Both the position numbers and the translations under genes were made by a program. A stretch of 62,907 bases of DNA from Methylothermaceae bacterium (GTDB lineage: Bacteria > Pseudomonadota > Gammaproteobacteria > Methylococcales > Methylothermaceae), in the NCBI GenBank assembly GCA_026985035.1, contig JALSQY010000163.1, forward strand, positions 1 through 62,907, given 5' to 3'. This document shows, one piece after another, positions 27,744-39,182 of this stretch. Each line of letters starts with the position of its first letter. Position 1 is the first letter of the stretch. Under the pieces are notes generated by a model. That model ran no database searches and was not told the DNA's origin. It saw only the letters and a program-made list of their open reading frames with translations.

Positions 27744-28484
27744 CTACGCGGTATAAAAACTGGCGGCCAAGGTTTCCATGACCAGCGCCCAACCATCCAC
27801 TAAAACAAACAGCATCAACTTGAATGGCAGGGAAATAATCACCGGGGACAACATCATCATACCCATGGACATCAACACGCTGGCAACTACCAGATCAATC
27901 ACCAAAAAGGGTAGAAACAACAAAAAACCAATTTGAAAGGCTGTTTTCAGTTCCGAAGTGACAAAGGCAGGAATCAGCATGCTCATGGGCACATCGTCCA
28001 GGCTTTCAAGATCTGCCCGGCCAGACAGGCGGACAAACAACCCCAGGTCGCTTTCGCGGGTCTGGCGCAGCATAAATTTCCGCAAGGGCACGGTAACCCG
28101 TTCAAGCGCCTCACCAGCTTCTATTTTTTCCTCCAAATAAGGAGCAATACCGCTTTTGTAGGCTTGGTCGAACACCGGCATCATAATGAAAAAAGTCAAC
28201 AATAAAGACACACCAAGCAAAATTTGATTGTTGGGTGTCTGGCCGGTCCCCAATGCCTGACGGAGAATCGCCAGCACCACCATGACGCGGGTAAACGAAG
28301 TCATGGATAAAAGCAGCCCTGGCAGCAGGGTCATGGCCGTCATCAGCGCCAAAACCTGGATGCTGATGGTATAACTCTTGCCACCATCCGGGGCGGTTGA
28401 CACCTGTATGGCTTCCAGACCAGGCGCTGCGACTGTCAAGCCCGGCATATACAAAAGAAAAACCATGACAAGCCAGTTTTTCAT
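27744..28484 (-). CDS. fliP: FliP
   Basis: TSFTR, PAFVTSELK, LPFKLMLFVLVDGW. Confidence 0.96.
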   Translation of the reverse strand: MKNWLVMVFLLYMPGLTVAAPGLEAIQVSTAPDGGKSYTISIQVLALMTAMTLLPGLLLSMTSFTRVMVVLAILRQALGTGQTPNNQILLGVSLLLTFFIMMPVFDQAYKSGIAPYLEEKIEAGEALERVTVPLRKFMLRQTRESDLGLFVRLSGRADLESLDDVPMSMLIPAFVTSELKTAFQIGFLLFLPFLVIDLVVASVLMSMGMMMLSPVIISLPFKLMLFVLVDGWALVMETLAASFYTA

Positions 28485-28888
28485 CCGCTTTGCTCCCGTG
28501 ATTTTATTGCCCGCTTCAATTGTTCCCCAAAACCTTGCGTCGGGGTGGTGGATAAACGTTTATCTCCTTCCAATACATACAGGGTATGCACCCGCCCCGG
28601 GGAAACACCAAGCACCAACTGAGCCTCCCCGACTTCCACCACCAGCAGCTTTTCCCTTCCACCCAACGATAATCCACCCAACATCCGGATTTGACCAGCA
28701 GCAGGCGTACTCCAGCGGCTTAATCGCTGCAGCCCCCATAAACAAACCAGAATCAATGCCACAACCGCTACCACTCCCCCAAGCCATTGTCCGATTACCA
28801 GAGGGTTCCATTGGGGCTTGGTCGAACCGATCACCGCCCAACTCAATTGAGGAACAACTAACCCCAACAACAAATAGAAAACTTTCAT
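28481..28888 (-). CDS. fliO: FliO
   Basis: TM helix plus LSLGGREKLLVVEVG; lies between fliN and fliP. Confidence 0.9.
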   Translation of the reverse strand: MKVFYLLLGLVVPQLSWAVIGSTKPQWNPLVIGQWLGGVVAVVALILVCLWGLQRLSRWSTPAAGQIRMLGGLSLGGREKLLVVEVGEAQLVLGVSPGRVHTLYVLEGDKRLSTTPTQGFGEQLKRAIKSREQSG

Positions 28889-29394
28889 CGAAGTTTGCGC
28901 AACCTTTCCGCGGGACTGATGACGTCGGTCAGACGAATGCCAAATTTATCATTCACTACCACCACCTCACCGTGGGCAATCAAGGTGCCATTTACCAAAA
29001 CATCCATGGGCTCTCCCGCCAACCGGTCCAGTTCCACCACCGAACCTTGAGTCAACTGCAACAAATTGCGGATACTCATGCGCGTTCGTCCAATTTCCAG
29101 CGAAACCGTCACCGGAACATCAAGGATGACGTCCAGGTTGATATCATCGGGACTTTTGGACACATCTCCAGCTTGCTTATCAAGATTCTCGTAAGTCGCC
29201 GGAGCAATTTCGTCACTGCCTTGTTCCTCTACTTGATCGATCGCTTCGGTTTCTGCCTGTTCCGCCAAAGCAGCACCCCAGGCATCTTCGATATTTTCTT
29301 CAGTAGAGGATTCTTCCGAAGCGGCCGCTCCTTCCAGAATTTCGTCAATATTGTCTGGTTCCGGCGTGGATTCCTGCGCTTCTTCGTCACTCAT
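28885..29394 (-). CDS. fliN: Motor switch FliN
   Basis: LDVILDVPV, GEVVVVNDKFGIR. Confidence 0.95.
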   Translation of the reverse strand: MSDEEAQESTPEPDNIDEILEGAAASEESSTEENIEDAWGAALAEQAETEAIDQVEEQGSDEIAPATYENLDKQAGDVSKSPDDINLDVILDVPVTVSLEIGRTRMSIRNLLQLTQGSVVELDRLAGEPMDVLVNGTLIAHGEVVVVNDKFGIRLTDVISPAERLRKLR

Positions 29395-30424
29395 GGGTCA
29401 CTCCTTCGGTTTTTTCATGTTCAATTTGCCCGGTATGGGGTTTGGAATCCGGGCCGCGTTCGACTTTTTCCAATAATTTCAATGCATAGTTGCCATTAAA
29501 TACACCTACCCGCCCCTTGAAGATGGGAATTTCTTCCGCCATTAAAGTGGCTCTTTCATTCATTTCCACCGGAATGACATCGCCGGGTTGCAAATCCAGC
29601 AATTGCTCCACTGTCAGCTGCTTCTCCAATAGCAGGCCGTGGATTTCGACTTCCGATTGCATCACCTCATAATGAAGCGCATTACGCCAACGATCATCCA
29701 CGTCTCCTCGGTCACTTTGGATGGTATCCAACAGTTCGCGGATCGGTTCAATCATGGAATAGGGCAAGGTGATATGAAGATCGCCACCGCCTCCTTCCAG
29801 CTCAATGTGGATAGTGGAATTGACCACGATTTCCGAAGGGCTGACGATATTGGCGAATTGGGGATTGACCTCGGAATTCAGATATTCCAGCTCAATCTCC
29901 ATCACCGGCTTCCAAGCCTCATACAGATCCTTGAATACCAAATCCAGGAGAATTTGGATCACCCTCATCTCCGTGGGCGTGAATTCTCTCCCTTCCACTT
30001 TGTTGTAGAACTGCCCGCTACCGCCAAAGTAATTATCCACCGCGGTGAATACCAGTTTTGGATCAAATACAATCAAACCCCGCCCGCGCAGGGGTTGAAA
30101 GCGAATCAAATTGAGATTGGTAGGGACAAACAAGCTATGGATGAATTCGGAAAACTTCATCACCTGTACGCCGCTAAAGGTAACTTCTGCCGTTCTTCTC
30201 AACAGACTGAATAGACTGATACGGAAATAGCGGGCAAATCGCTCATTGACCATTTCCAAAGTCGGCATCCGCCCCCGGACAATCCGGTCCTGACTGGTAA
30301 AGTCATACGAGCGAACTTCCTCGGCACTGTAACTTGGCGCGGTTTCAGTTTCTACTTGACCATCATCGACGCCATGAAGCAGGGCGTCGATCTCGTCCTG
30401 GGATAGTAAATCATCCAATGACAT
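29387..30424 (-). CDS. fliM: Motor switch FliM
   Basis: LSQDEIDALL, EGREFTPTE. Confidence 0.96.
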   Translation of the reverse strand: MSLDDLLSQDEIDALLHGVDDGQVETETAPSYSAEEVRSYDFTSQDRIVRGRMPTLEMVNERFARYFRISLFSLLRRTAEVTFSGVQVMKFSEFIHSLFVPTNLNLIRFQPLRGRGLIVFDPKLVFTAVDNYFGGSGQFYNKVEGREFTPTEMRVIQILLDLVFKDLYEAWKPVMEIELEYLNSEVNPQFANIVSPSEIVVNSTIHIELEGGGGDLHITLPYSMIEPIRELLDTIQSDRGDVDDRWRNALHYEVMQSEVEIHGLLLEKQLTVEQLLDLQPGDVIPVEMNERATLMAEEIPIFKGRVGVFNGNYALKLLEKVERGPDSKPHTGQIEHEKTEGVTHE

Positions 30425-30428
30425 GGCG

Positions 30429-30959
30429 TTACTGCATGACGAATTGGGTATAAAAAACGGCTTCGATCTTTCCCCCTTCCTTCTGCATGTCCAATGCTCT
30501 TTGGATCTCTTGGCTCACTGCTGTCAATAGTGCTTCTTTTCCCTTCCTTGTCTTAAGTTCCGTTGGCTGAAACCGGCCCAACAACAGCAGCAAGTTATTG
30601 CGAATCAGGGGAGCATGCTTTGTCAATGTCTCAACCACCCCTTCCTCGTGGGTCAGCACACTAAAATTTATTTGCAACAAACGTGCTTCCCGGTTGGGCG
30701 GGAAATTGACAATAAAGGGCTCGAAGTCATAATAAAAAACCTCATTAGAGCTTTCTTTTGCCTTTTTCTCCTCAGCTTCCTCCCCCGTCCCCTCCTCGGC
30801 AACTTCTTCCGCTTCGGAAGCAGGTCCAAAAGGGAGTAAGTTCATAAAATAAGCCGCAGCGCCACCGCCAACCAATAGCACTACCACCGCCAAAATGATA
30901 AACAACATTTTTTTCGAGGATTTTTTTTCCTCGCCAAGATCCAAATCATCGTCTGCCAT
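30429..30959 (-). CDS. fliL: FliL
   Basis: N-terminal TM, FIVNF, C-terminal FTQFVMQ-like end. Confidence 0.92.
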   Translation of the reverse strand: MADDDLDLGEEKKSSKKMLFIILAVVVLLVGGGAAAYFMNLLPFGPASEAEEVAEEGTGEEAEEKKAKESSNEVFYYDFEPFIVNFPPNREARLLQINFSVLTHEEGVVETLTKHAPLIRNNLLLLLGRFQPTELKTRKGKEALLTAVSQEIQRALDMQKEGGKIEAVFYTQFVMQ

Positions 30960-30983
30960 GGTTTTACCTCCTGATAAAGCAAA

Positions 30984-31000
30984 TGCAAAACCCAGGCCAA
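30984..31000 (-). promoter_or_regulatory. Sigma54 promoter of the fliL operon
   Basis: Minus strand TTGGCCTG-GGTT-TTGCA just upstream of the AGGAGG RBS. Confidence 0.65.
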
Positions 31001-31162
31001 GAATATATGTTTCAAGGTTTCAAAGACTTATCCGCTTTTCACAAAAAAATGGGCATGCATCGATGTCACGCAATCCAACTGTCCGTCAAAAAACAGTCAC
31101 AGGGATTTACAGTGAACCAAGGCTCCTTGATAATCACACTCTAAATTCAATTTCATCCACTG

Positions 31163-33817
31163 ATGTCTTTTTTTAAATCCATTCGCACTCAACTGTTATT
31201 CACTTCCCTGGTGCCAGCAGTCACCGTTGCTATCGGAATGACCATTTACTTTCATCGGGTATTGACTTCTTCCGTTGAAAAGTCACTTGTCCAGCACGGG
31301 AAGATTATTGCCAATCAATTAGCTACTACCAGCGCACACTACTTGACCAATCATCAAAATCAGCAGCTTGCCGAAATCCTGAATGCGGTGCTGCAAAATC
31401 ACTCTGTCAAAGCAATTTCGATTGTCGATAGCCAGGGAAAAACATTGATAAACACCGCCAATCCGGCATCCAACACAAATAACCGTAAAGTTATTATCAT
31501 TACCGCCCCCATCCCACTGCCATCAGGCGATTCTGATACAAAAAATTCGAATACGGGTATGGTGCGTGTTGTTTTATCCGCTTCCGAACAAATCTCTCAA
31601 CAACAGTGCATCATATTTCACAGTTTGGGTATTGTACTGGCTGGGGTCTTGTTCGCCTTGGGCCTGGCCAAACTCTTGACGCAACGATTGTTCCAGCCCA
31701 TTCGAGCCTTGCAACGCGCTGTCACTGATATCACCAAAGGCAAACCAGAAACGCGGGCGGATTTTATCGCCACCGGTGAATTAAAAGCGCTGAAGGATGG
31801 TTTCAATGTTATGGCGGAAAAACTGGAACAAAGCCAGACCCATTTGGAAAAAAAAGTTTACCAAGCCACTGTCCGGCTGCAACGCGCCCTGCGGGACCTG
31901 GAATCCCGCAATCGGGAGCTGGAACAGGCGCGTGCTTTGGCGGAAGCGCAGAATCGTCAAAAAAGCCAGTTCCTGGCCCAGGTCAGCCACGAAATCCGTA
32001 CGCCTATGAACGGTATCATCGGTTTGTCTGAAGACCTGTTAAAAACCCCGCTGTCAGAGCGGCAGTATGAACACCTCCAGCTGATCTACCATTCGGCCAA
32101 AGATTTACTCCATATCATTAACGAGATCCTCGATTCCACCCAGATCGAATCTGGACAAATTAAAGTCCATCCGGTAGCGATGGCGCTTCGTCCTTGTTTG
32201 GAAGAATGCATTTCATTACTTGCTTCCAAGACCCAACAAGTCCATTTGATTTTGTCAATTCATCAAAATGTACCCGATGAAATCATCAGCGACCCTTTAA
32301 GAATTCGGCAAATTGTCACCAATCTGGTTGGCAATGCGATCAAGTTTACCAAAAGCGGGTGGATTGTTATTCGTGTTCACTGGTCTCCAGGGCATCGCTT
32401 GCTTTTCTTCTCCATCTCGGATACGGGCTGCGGAATCGCACCAGAGCAATGCCAACGCATTTTCCAACCCTTTGTCAGCCTGAAAAAGGATCAGCACGAA
32501 GGCACCGGGCTGGGATTGAACATTACCAAAAAATTGGTAGAAAAGATGGGAGGCACTATCGAATGTGCGAGTATTCCCGGCAAAGGATCAACATTTTGGT
32601 TCACATTGCCTGTGTCCCGCTGGCAAAAAAAACCTCGGCCTGCCTTTTGCCGGGTCGCGTTGATTGACATCATGCCGCTGTCCCGCCAAGCGCTTCAATT
32701 TCAATTGGAAAATCTCGGGGCAGAAGTGGATATATTATCGCTGGACGAAAGCGAGAAGTGGCCCAATTCCCGGCAATGGCATGCCCTGATTCTGGTGATT
32801 CCAGAACAAAACGCCTCCATTGAAATCATCAAGCGACATTTGACAAGATTACAAGAACACTTCCAAATCCCTATTCTCCTGGCGGGCCCCTATCACTGCG
32901 CCCAATACGAATCCCATTATCGTACTTTGGGTGCTCTCGCTTACGTTCCTATTCCCAGCCGCAGTGAATTTTGGCGGCAACAACTCCAAACCATTGTCAA
33001 TGCCGAGCATATGGCGAAACAGCGGCGCCGTGTGGAAAACAGGCCAGATTCAGAAGCACCGGCAAAGCAACATAGTGTTTTGGTTGCGGACGACAATGAC
33101 ATCAACCGCATGGTACTCAAAGCCCAATTGGCCGATAAAGGCGTTGAAATCATAGAAGCGGCTAACGGCAGCCAAGCGATGGCGCTTGCCGACTCATTAC
33201 CCTTCGATCTGATATTGATGGATTTACAAATGCCAGATTACAGTGGAATGGAAGTATTGAAACATATCAAAGGAAATGCCGAAGGCGTCAATTTTTCGAC
33301 ACCAGTAATAGCTGTGACGGCGCATGCTTCTCCGGATCAATTGCAATCGTCAAAAAACATACAATTCAATGATTTATTACTCAAACCTGTGTTCGGGGAC
33401 AAACTGGACGAGATTTTGTCAACCTGGCTCAAGAAGAAACCTGGAGAAGCAGAAAAATCCAGGGATGTTATTACACAAATGGCAGAAGGTATCTCAGAGC
33501 GACTTGATGGGAATCACGAATTGGGCGCAAAAATAATAGAAAAATTGCTGGATGAATTACCCCGGCAACTTGAAATGATTACCAAGGCCCTCAGTAATAA
33601 TGATTACGCCAATGCCAAAGATGTCGTGCATAAAGTGCATGGTTCCGCAGCCTTCTGCGGTATCCTAAAGCTGAAAAACCTGGCAGAAGACCTGGAAATC
33701 GCTCTCGAAAATAAAGATGAAGAGGGAATACCCTTAGCCTGGCAGGCATTCCGACAGGAAACGAAACACCTGCTGCAATTGGGTTCTAGCTTATTTGAGG
33801 TTTTATCCAAGCGTTAA
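31163..33817 (+). CDS. Hybrid sensor histidine kinase, BarA/GacS-like
   Basis: 2 [32 protein letters not shown], receiver (MDLQMP), HPt (HKVHGSA). Confidence 0.9.
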   Translation: MSFFKSIRTQLLFTSLVPAVTVAIGMTIYFHRVLTSSVEKSLVQHGKIIANQLATTSAHYLTNHQNQQLAEILNAVLQNHSVKAISIVDSQGKTLINTANPASNTNNRKVIIITAPIPLPSGDSDTKNSNTGMVRVVLSASEQISQQQCIIFHSLGIVLAGVLFALGLAKLLTQRLFQPIRALQRAVTDITKGKPETRADFIATGELKALKDGFNVMAEKLEQSQTHLEKKVYQATVRLQRALRDLESRNRELEQARALAEAQNRQKSQFLAQVSHEIRTPMNGIIGLSEDLLKTPLSERQYEHLQLIYHSAKDLLHIINEILDSTQIESGQIKVHPVAMALRPCLEECISLLASKTQQVHLILSIHQNVPDEIISDPLRIRQIVTNLVGNAIKFTKSGWIVIRVHWSPGHRLLFFSISDTGCGIAPEQCQRIFQPFVSLKKDQHEGTGLGLNITKKLVEKMGGTIECASIPGKGSTFWFTLPVSRWQKKPRPAFCRVALIDIMPLSRQALQFQLENLGAEVDILSLDESEKWPNSRQWHALILVIPEQNASIEIIKRHLTRLQEHFQIPILLAGPYHCAQYESHYRTLGALAYVPIPSRSEFWRQQLQTIVNAEHMAKQRRRVENRPDSEAPAKQHSVLVADDNDINRMVLKAQLADKGVEIIEAANGSQAMALADSLPFDLILMDLQMPDYSGMEVLKHIKGNAEGVNFSTPVIAVTAHASPDQLQSSKNIQFNDLLLKPVFGDKLDEILSTWLKKKPGEAEKSRDVITQMAEGISERLDGNHELGAKIIEKLLDELPRQLEMITKALSNNDYANAKDVVHKVHGSAAFCGILKLKNLAEDLEIALENKDEEGIPLAWQAFRQETKHLLQLGSSLFEVLSKR

Positions 33818-33824
33818 CTTTGGT

Positions 33825-36290
33825 TTATGAAGTCATCCCCAATTTGCTCATCAGGGTTTTGGCTTCATCTTTCTGTTTTTCATTGCCATGAGCAAAAACG
33901 TCTTCCAGAATTTCCTTGGCAGAATCGACATCTTCCATATCGACATAGGCACGAGCCAAATCCAGCTTTGTCTCCATCTCATCCATATCTGTCAAATCGA
34001 AGGTTTCTTCTTCAGCCTCCATAGCTTCACCTTCGTTTTGGCTCTGAAGGCTCATGCTCTCCAAGTCGAACGTGAAGTCATTGTTTTCCGGCTCGTCCGC
34101 ATACTCACTGCTTTTTATTTCCGTATCCTTCTCTTCCGAACCCAGATTCAAGCCGGTTACATCAAACTCCAAGCTATTATCATTATCTGCAGACTCTGAA
34201 GGTTCAACGCTGGATGATTCTTTGTTTACAAGATCAGAGACATCATCTTCAGGAAGTTCAGCGGCAAAATCAAGCACCGCCTCGTCCCCTAAATCAAACA
34301 CCAAGGGATCCTCATCCTTGGTTTGTTTGTCCAAGTCTGCTTCCAGATCAATACTGTCTACCGATTCTTCCTCGGAATTCCAATCATCCTCAACAGATTC
34401 GCTTTCAGTATTGTCTAAATCAAACAAAGAGGATTGCGGACAGAGTTCCCTGCCCATCTCGGCTACTTTAGCCCAGAACAGACCGTCTTTCTGTCTGCCT
34501 TTTGCCTGCAGCTTGCTCGCGTAATTTTCAAAAGCTTCCGCATCTTCCTTGGCATAGAAGATTTCCAGCAATTTGAGTTGCAATTCAGGATTCTTGGGCT
34601 CGTCCTCCAAGGCTTGCTGGATTAATTCCTCTGCTTGCTGATAACGACCATAAGCCAGGTAGACATCAGCTTCCGCAACAGGATCCACCGCATCGCTTTC
34701 CGTTTCCAGAATATCGAAATCGCTGGGTGTAAATTCACTCAAAAACGAACTTTCTTCAACAGGCGGGCTGGTTCCCTCCGCAACAGTTTGAGACTGATTT
34801 TCATTGCCACTGGCAGAAGAAACCGTAACATTTTCCTGCTGTTCTTCATCATCCAGATCCATCAAGAAGGAATCGGCCAATAAACTATCCGCCTGCTCTT
34901 CTGCTGCCACTCTGCGGCGCCAGATCAGAAAACCTGCCACACCTAACAACATCAAACTGACACTGCCAACGCCCAAATACAAAGGGCTTGAAAAAACGCT
35001 AACGGAGAAATCATTATCCCCACCCTGCTGTACCGGCTCCGGAGCAGACGTTGGTTTGGACGCTTTTTGAGTTTTCTTTTGCTCTACAGGTTTGACGGGA
35101 ACCACTGGTAACGACTGTTTCTCTGCCACAGGTGCAGGGGGAGTTACCTCTTCTATTTTCTGGGTTACTTTAGGCTGTTCCGCGATGGGTTGGGATTGGT
35201 CTTTGATTTTTTCCTGGTTTTGCTGCGCCCCGGCATTTTGCAGTTGGGCCAACTGAGCATTTTTGACCTCCATCAGCGCCGTCATGCGTTTTTCCAAGTC
35301 TTCGAGGCGCTGACGCAAAAGATCGTTTTCCTGGCGGAGAGATTCAATCATCTCCAAAGTTTGAGGATTGCCTTGTCCCGGCATTTCTATCACCGGAATC
35401 TCCGACTGTACCTCTTTGATGTCCGCTTCCTTGGGCGCTTCCAGCTTCAATTGGTTTGTTTCTTCCGATGTCTTCACATCTTCAGAACCAGACAGAGATG
35501 GCTGGTGACGCCGGGCGATCCAGGTTTGATATTGCTTTTGAAATTCCTTCCGGGCCTGGGAAGGCGACAGTTGAACCAGCTCGGCAGTTTCAGGGACTTT
35601 TAGTGTGACCCCTGCTTTTAACTCATTGACATTATTATTATAAAAAGCCTCAGGATTAGCGTTAAATAACGCTATTGCCATTTGCTCCGTGGTTACCGAT
35701 GCTTGCGGCTTTAATTTCTCAGCTATGGTCCATAAGGATTCGTTACGCCTGACAGGCCCATACTCCCCACTGGGAGCCAAGGCAGTTGCTTGATTTTGCC
35801 TTTCTGCTTGCAAAACCGAAGGTTGGAACCGTGCCTTGTTGCCAGTGTTTTGTGTTTCAGCGGGTTTGGATTGAGCCACTGTCACAACATCATCAAAGGT
35901 CACAGGGGGATCCAACAGAACGGTGAACTCCCGTAACATCCTTCCCTGAGGCCAATCCACTTCCAGCAGAAAATCGAGAAACGGTTCGCGGATCACTTCA
36001 CTGGAGGTGACCTGTACTACCACAGTGCCATCGGGTTTTTTGACTGGCTTGAAACGCAAATTCGACAAGTAATAGGGACGGGTCAACCCAGCTTTGGAAA
36101 AGGCCTTGGGCGGTGCCAGACTGACACGGATTTGTGAAACATCCTCACCTGGCGAAACTAATAACGGAATTTCCGCATAGAGCTTTTGATTGAGCGCGGA
36201 GTGTAATTTAATCTCGCCCACGCCCAATGCGTTCACGCCGGCTGGCGTCATCACACTTACCACAGCCAGGGTTTTTGCGAATTTGCGCAC
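33825..36290 (-). CDS. fimV: Polar landmark protein FimV/HubP
   Basis: LGVGEIKLHSALNQ, LysM, TM, EADVYLAYGR, TKLDLARAY. Confidence 0.93.
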   Translation of the reverse strand: MRKFAKTLAVVSVMTPAGVNALGVGEIKLHSALNQKLYAEIPLLVSPGEDVSQIRVSLAPPKAFSKAGLTRPYYLSNLRFKPVKKPDGTVVVQVTSSEVIREPFLDFLLEVDWPQGRMLREFTVLLDPPVTFDDVVTVAQSKPAETQNTGNKARFQPSVLQAERQNQATALAPSGEYGPVRRNESLWTIAEKLKPQASVTTEQMAIALFNANPEAFYNNNVNELKAGVTLKVPETAELVQLSPSQARKEFQKQYQTWIARRHQPSLSGSEDVKTSEETNQLKLEAPKEADIKEVQSEIPVIEMPGQGNPQTLEMIESLRQENDLLRQRLEDLEKRMTALMEVKNAQLAQLQNAGAQQNQEKIKDQSQPIAEQPKVTQKIEEVTPPAPVAEKQSLPVVPVKPVEQKKTQKASKPTSAPEPVQQGGDNDFSVSVFSSPLYLGVGSVSLMLLGVAGFLIWRRRVAAEEQADSLLADSFLMDLDDEEQQENVTVSSASGNENQSQTVAEGTSPPVEESSFLSEFTPSDFDILETESDAVDPVAEADVYLAYGRYQQAEELIQQALEDEPKNPELQLKLLEIFYAKEDAEAFENYASKLQAKGRQKDGLFWAKVAEMGRELCPQSSLFDLDNTESESVEDDWNSEEESVDSIDLEADLDKQTKDEDPLVFDLGDEAVLDFAAELPEDDVSDLVNKESSSVEPSESADNDNSLEFDVTGLNLGSEEKDTEIKSSEYADEPENNDFTFDLESMSLQSQNEGEAMEAEEETFDLTDMDEMETKLDLARAYVDMEDVDSAKEILEDVFAHGNEKQKDEAKTLMSKLGMTS

Positions 36291-36335
36291 TTTGGGTCTC
36301 CTTTGAGCTAATCTTGGCTTCCTTGTAAGGATAGC

Positions 36336-37358
36336 TCAAATATAATTTTTGACCAGCAACTCAGCAATTTGAATGCTGTTGAGAGCCGCCCCCTTACGAA
36401 CGTTATCAGAAACCACCCAAAGATTTAAACCTTTGGGATGAGAGATATCCTCCCTTATTCTACCGACAAACACGGCGTCTTGACCCGCCGCTTCGGTCAC
36501 TGCCGTGGGATATCCGCCGTCTTCCCGCCGGTCCAACACCGTGACTCCGGGAAATGCCCCTAATAATTGCCGGGCGTTGTCTGCGCTAATCTTTTTCCGG
36601 GTTTCGATATGGACGGCTTCACTGTGTCCATAGAAAACCGGGACCCGCACCGTTGTGGGATTGACTTGAATAGATTCATCCCCAAGGATCTTTCTGGTTT
36701 CCCACACCATTTTCATCTCTTCTTTGGTGTATCCGTTTTCCAAAAAAATATCGATATGAGGCAAAACGTTGAAGGCGATCTGTTTAGGGTAAACCTTGGA
36801 TTCGATAGGTTTGCCGTTCAGCAGTTGAGCGGTTTGCATGGCAAGCTCTTCAATGGCATCTTTCCCCGAACCAGAAACGGCTTGATAAGTACAGACGTTG
36901 ATCCGCTCGATCCCTACTGCGTCATATATGGGCTTTAATGCCACCACCATCTGGATGGTGGAACAATTTGGGTTGGCGATGATGCCTCGCTTCGTATATC
37001 GCGCCAAATCCTGGGGATTTACCTCTGGCACTACCAGCGGAATATCATCGTCATAGCGGAATTGCGAGGTATTATCGATGACCACGCACCCCGCCTCAGC
37101 AGCAATCGGGGCAAATTTTTCAGAGATGCCGGCACCAGCGGAAAACAATCCAATCTGCGCTTGGGAAAAGTCGAATCCAGCCAGGTCTTGAACCACCAAG
37201 CGCCGGTTTTTGAACAGTATTTTCTCTCCAGCGGAACGCTGACTCGCCAATGCAAAAACTTCTCCTACCGGAAAGCCACGCTCGGCTAAAATTTCCAGCA
37301 TGGCCTCTCCTACCGCACCGGTAGCGCCCACCACTGCAACATTATAGGTTTTGCTCAT
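36336..37358 (-). CDS. asd: Aspartate-semialdehyde dehydrogenase
   Basis: GATGAVG, NPNCST, DNVRKGAA. Confidence 0.97.
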   Translation of the reverse strand: MSKTYNVAVVGATGAVGEAMLEILAERGFPVGEVFALASQRSAGEKILFKNRRLVVQDLAGFDFSQAQIGLFSAGAGISEKFAPIAAEAGCVVIDNTSQFRYDDDIPLVVPEVNPQDLARYTKRGIIANPNCSTIQMVVALKPIYDAVGIERINVCTYQAVSGSGKDAIEELAMQTAQLLNGKPIESKVYPKQIAFNVLPHIDIFLENGYTKEEMKMVWETRKILGDESIQVNPTTVRVPVFYGHSEAVHIETRKKISADNARQLLGAFPGVTVLDRREDGGYPTAVTEAAGQDAVFVGRIREDISHPKGLNLWVVSDNVRKGAALNSIQIAELLVKNYI

Positions 37359-37365
37359 ACTCCCC

Positions 37366-38454
37366 TCAATTCCCTTGGGAACGCAATGCGCTTACAACCG
37401 CATTTCCCATTTCCTCAGTCGAAACCCGCTGGCAACCTTCCGAGTAAATGTCCGCGGTTCGCAAACCGCTATCCAACGCTTTTTCCACTGCCTGCTCAAT
37501 ACGTTGGGCGATATCGCCTTGATTGAAGGAGTACCGGAACAACATGCCTAAAGAAAGTATGGTCGCCAATGGATTGGCCAGGTTCTTGCCCGCAATATCC
37601 GGAGCAGAGCCGTGAATAGGCTCATACATGCCTTTGCCGTGCTCATCCAAGGATGCGGAAGGCAGCATCCCAATGGAGCCTGTCAGCATGGCGGCACAGT
37701 CAGACAAGATATCGCCAAACATATTGGTGGTAACCATCACGTCGAACTGCTTGGGCGCCCGCACCAATTGCATTGCCGCATTATCCACATACATATGGGT
37801 CAATATGACTTCGGGATAGTCCTTGCCTACTTCAGTCACCACGTCCCGCCATAACTCGGTACATTCAAGAACATTGGCTTTATCAACCGAACACAACTGC
37901 CGGTTCCGCTTCATGGCCGTATCGAAAGCAACCGTCGCGATACGGCGAATTTCCGACTCGTTATATATTAGGGTGTTTAGCCCAATCCTTTCGCCACTGT
38001 CGAGGGTACGAACCCCCCGGGGCTTGCCGAAATAGATCCCGCCGGTCAGTTCGCGAATTATCATGAGATCCAAACCGGAAACCACATCGGGTTTCAAAGT
38101 GGATGCCTCTACCAATTGTGGATGAAGCATGGCGGGCCGCAAATTGGCAAAAAGGTTTAGCTCCGCCCGGAGCCCCAGCAGCCCTCTCTCGGGACGAACA
38201 GAATAATCCAAAGCCTCCCAACGGGGGCCTCCTACCGCTCCCAGCAGTACGGCATCGGCCGAGTTTACTAGATCCAGCGTCTCTTGCGGCAATGGATGAC
38301 CCTTGGCATCGTACGCAACACCACCAACCAAACCTTGTTCGGTTTCCACTTCCACGCCAAATTCGTGGCGCAAACAATCTAACACTTTCAATGCTTCCCG
38401 AATAATTTCGGGACCAATCCCGTCTCCTGCCAAAACCGCAATTTTTTTCGTCAT
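37366..38454 (-). CDS. leuB: 3-isopropylmalate dehydrogenase
   Basis: [31 protein letters not shown]. Confidence 0.97.
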   Translation of the reverse strand: MTKKIAVLAGDGIGPEIIREALKVLDCLRHEFGVEVETEQGLVGGVAYDAKGHPLPQETLDLVNSADAVLLGAVGGPRWEALDYSVRPERGLLGLRAELNLFANLRPAMLHPQLVEASTLKPDVVSGLDLMIIRELTGGIYFGKPRGVRTLDSGERIGLNTLIYNESEIRRIATVAFDTAMKRNRQLCSVDKANVLECTELWRDVVTEVGKDYPEVILTHMYVDNAAMQLVRAPKQFDVMVTTNMFGDILSDCAAMLTGSIGMLPSASLDEHGKGMYEPIHGSAPDIAGKNLANPLATILSLGMLFRYSFNQGDIAQRIEQAVEKALDSGLRTADIYSEGCQRVSTEEMGNAVVSALRSQGN

Positions 38455-38532
38455 AGAGTAACCATAAAAATTAAACTTACCTTTAAAGTTTCCGCCACCC
38501 AGGTGCTAAATCTTTATAGGCATCAAATTGAA

Positions 38533-39180
38533 TTAAAGGGATGCTGGTTCCGAAAACAACCAAGGCATTCGTTGCCGATACCGGTCTTCAAACCGACGGA
38601 TCTCGTCTGCAAATTTCAAAGTCAGGGCAATATCATCCAACCCCTCTATCAACCGTTCCTTGCGGGAAGAATCGATTTCAAAGTGATATTGAGTGCCATC
38701 CGGTTTGGTGATGGTCTGATTCTTAAGATCGACAGTCAATTGGTAGCCAGGGCCCACTTCTTCGAACAGAGTGTCTATCTCTTCGGCAGATAAAACCACA
38801 GGCAACAGGCCATTTTTGAAGCAGTTATTGTAAAAAATGTCGGCAAAGCTTGGCGCGATGATAACGCGGATGCCATAATCCGACAGCGCCCAAGGCGCAT
38901 GCTCACGGGATGAGCCGCAACCAAAATTCTCCCGGGTCAACAAAATCTGCCCATCTTTGAACTCCGGTTTATTCAAAACGAAGTCGGGATTGACCTGCCG
39001 ATTGCTGCAATCCATATCGGGTTCGCCACGATCGAAATAACGCCATTCATCAAATAAAAAAGGTCCAAAACCCGTGCGGCGAATTGATTTCAAGAACTGC
39101 TTGGGAATGATGGCATCGGTATCCACATTGGCACGATCCAAAGGTATAACCTGGGAAGTGATGCGTTCAAACGGTTGCAT
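38533..39180 (-). CDS. leuD: Isopropylmalate isomerase small subunit
   Basis: [20 protein letters not shown]. Confidence 0.97.
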   Translation of the reverse strand: MQPFERITSQVIPLDRANVDTDAIIPKQFLKSIRRTGFGPFLFDEWRYFDRGEPDMDCSNRQVNPDFVLNKPEFKDGQILLTRENFGCGSSREHAPWALSDYGIRVIIAPSFADIFYNNCFKNGLLPVVLSAEEIDTLFEEVGPGYQLTVDLKNQTITKPDGTQYHFEIDSSRKERLIEGLDDIALTLKFADEIRRFEDRYRQRMPWLFSEPASL

Positions 39181-39182
39181 AA

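Noticed and set aside
28378-29499. 373-aa + strand ORF
   Set aside because: Antisense to fliN, fliO and fliP; no recognisable domain
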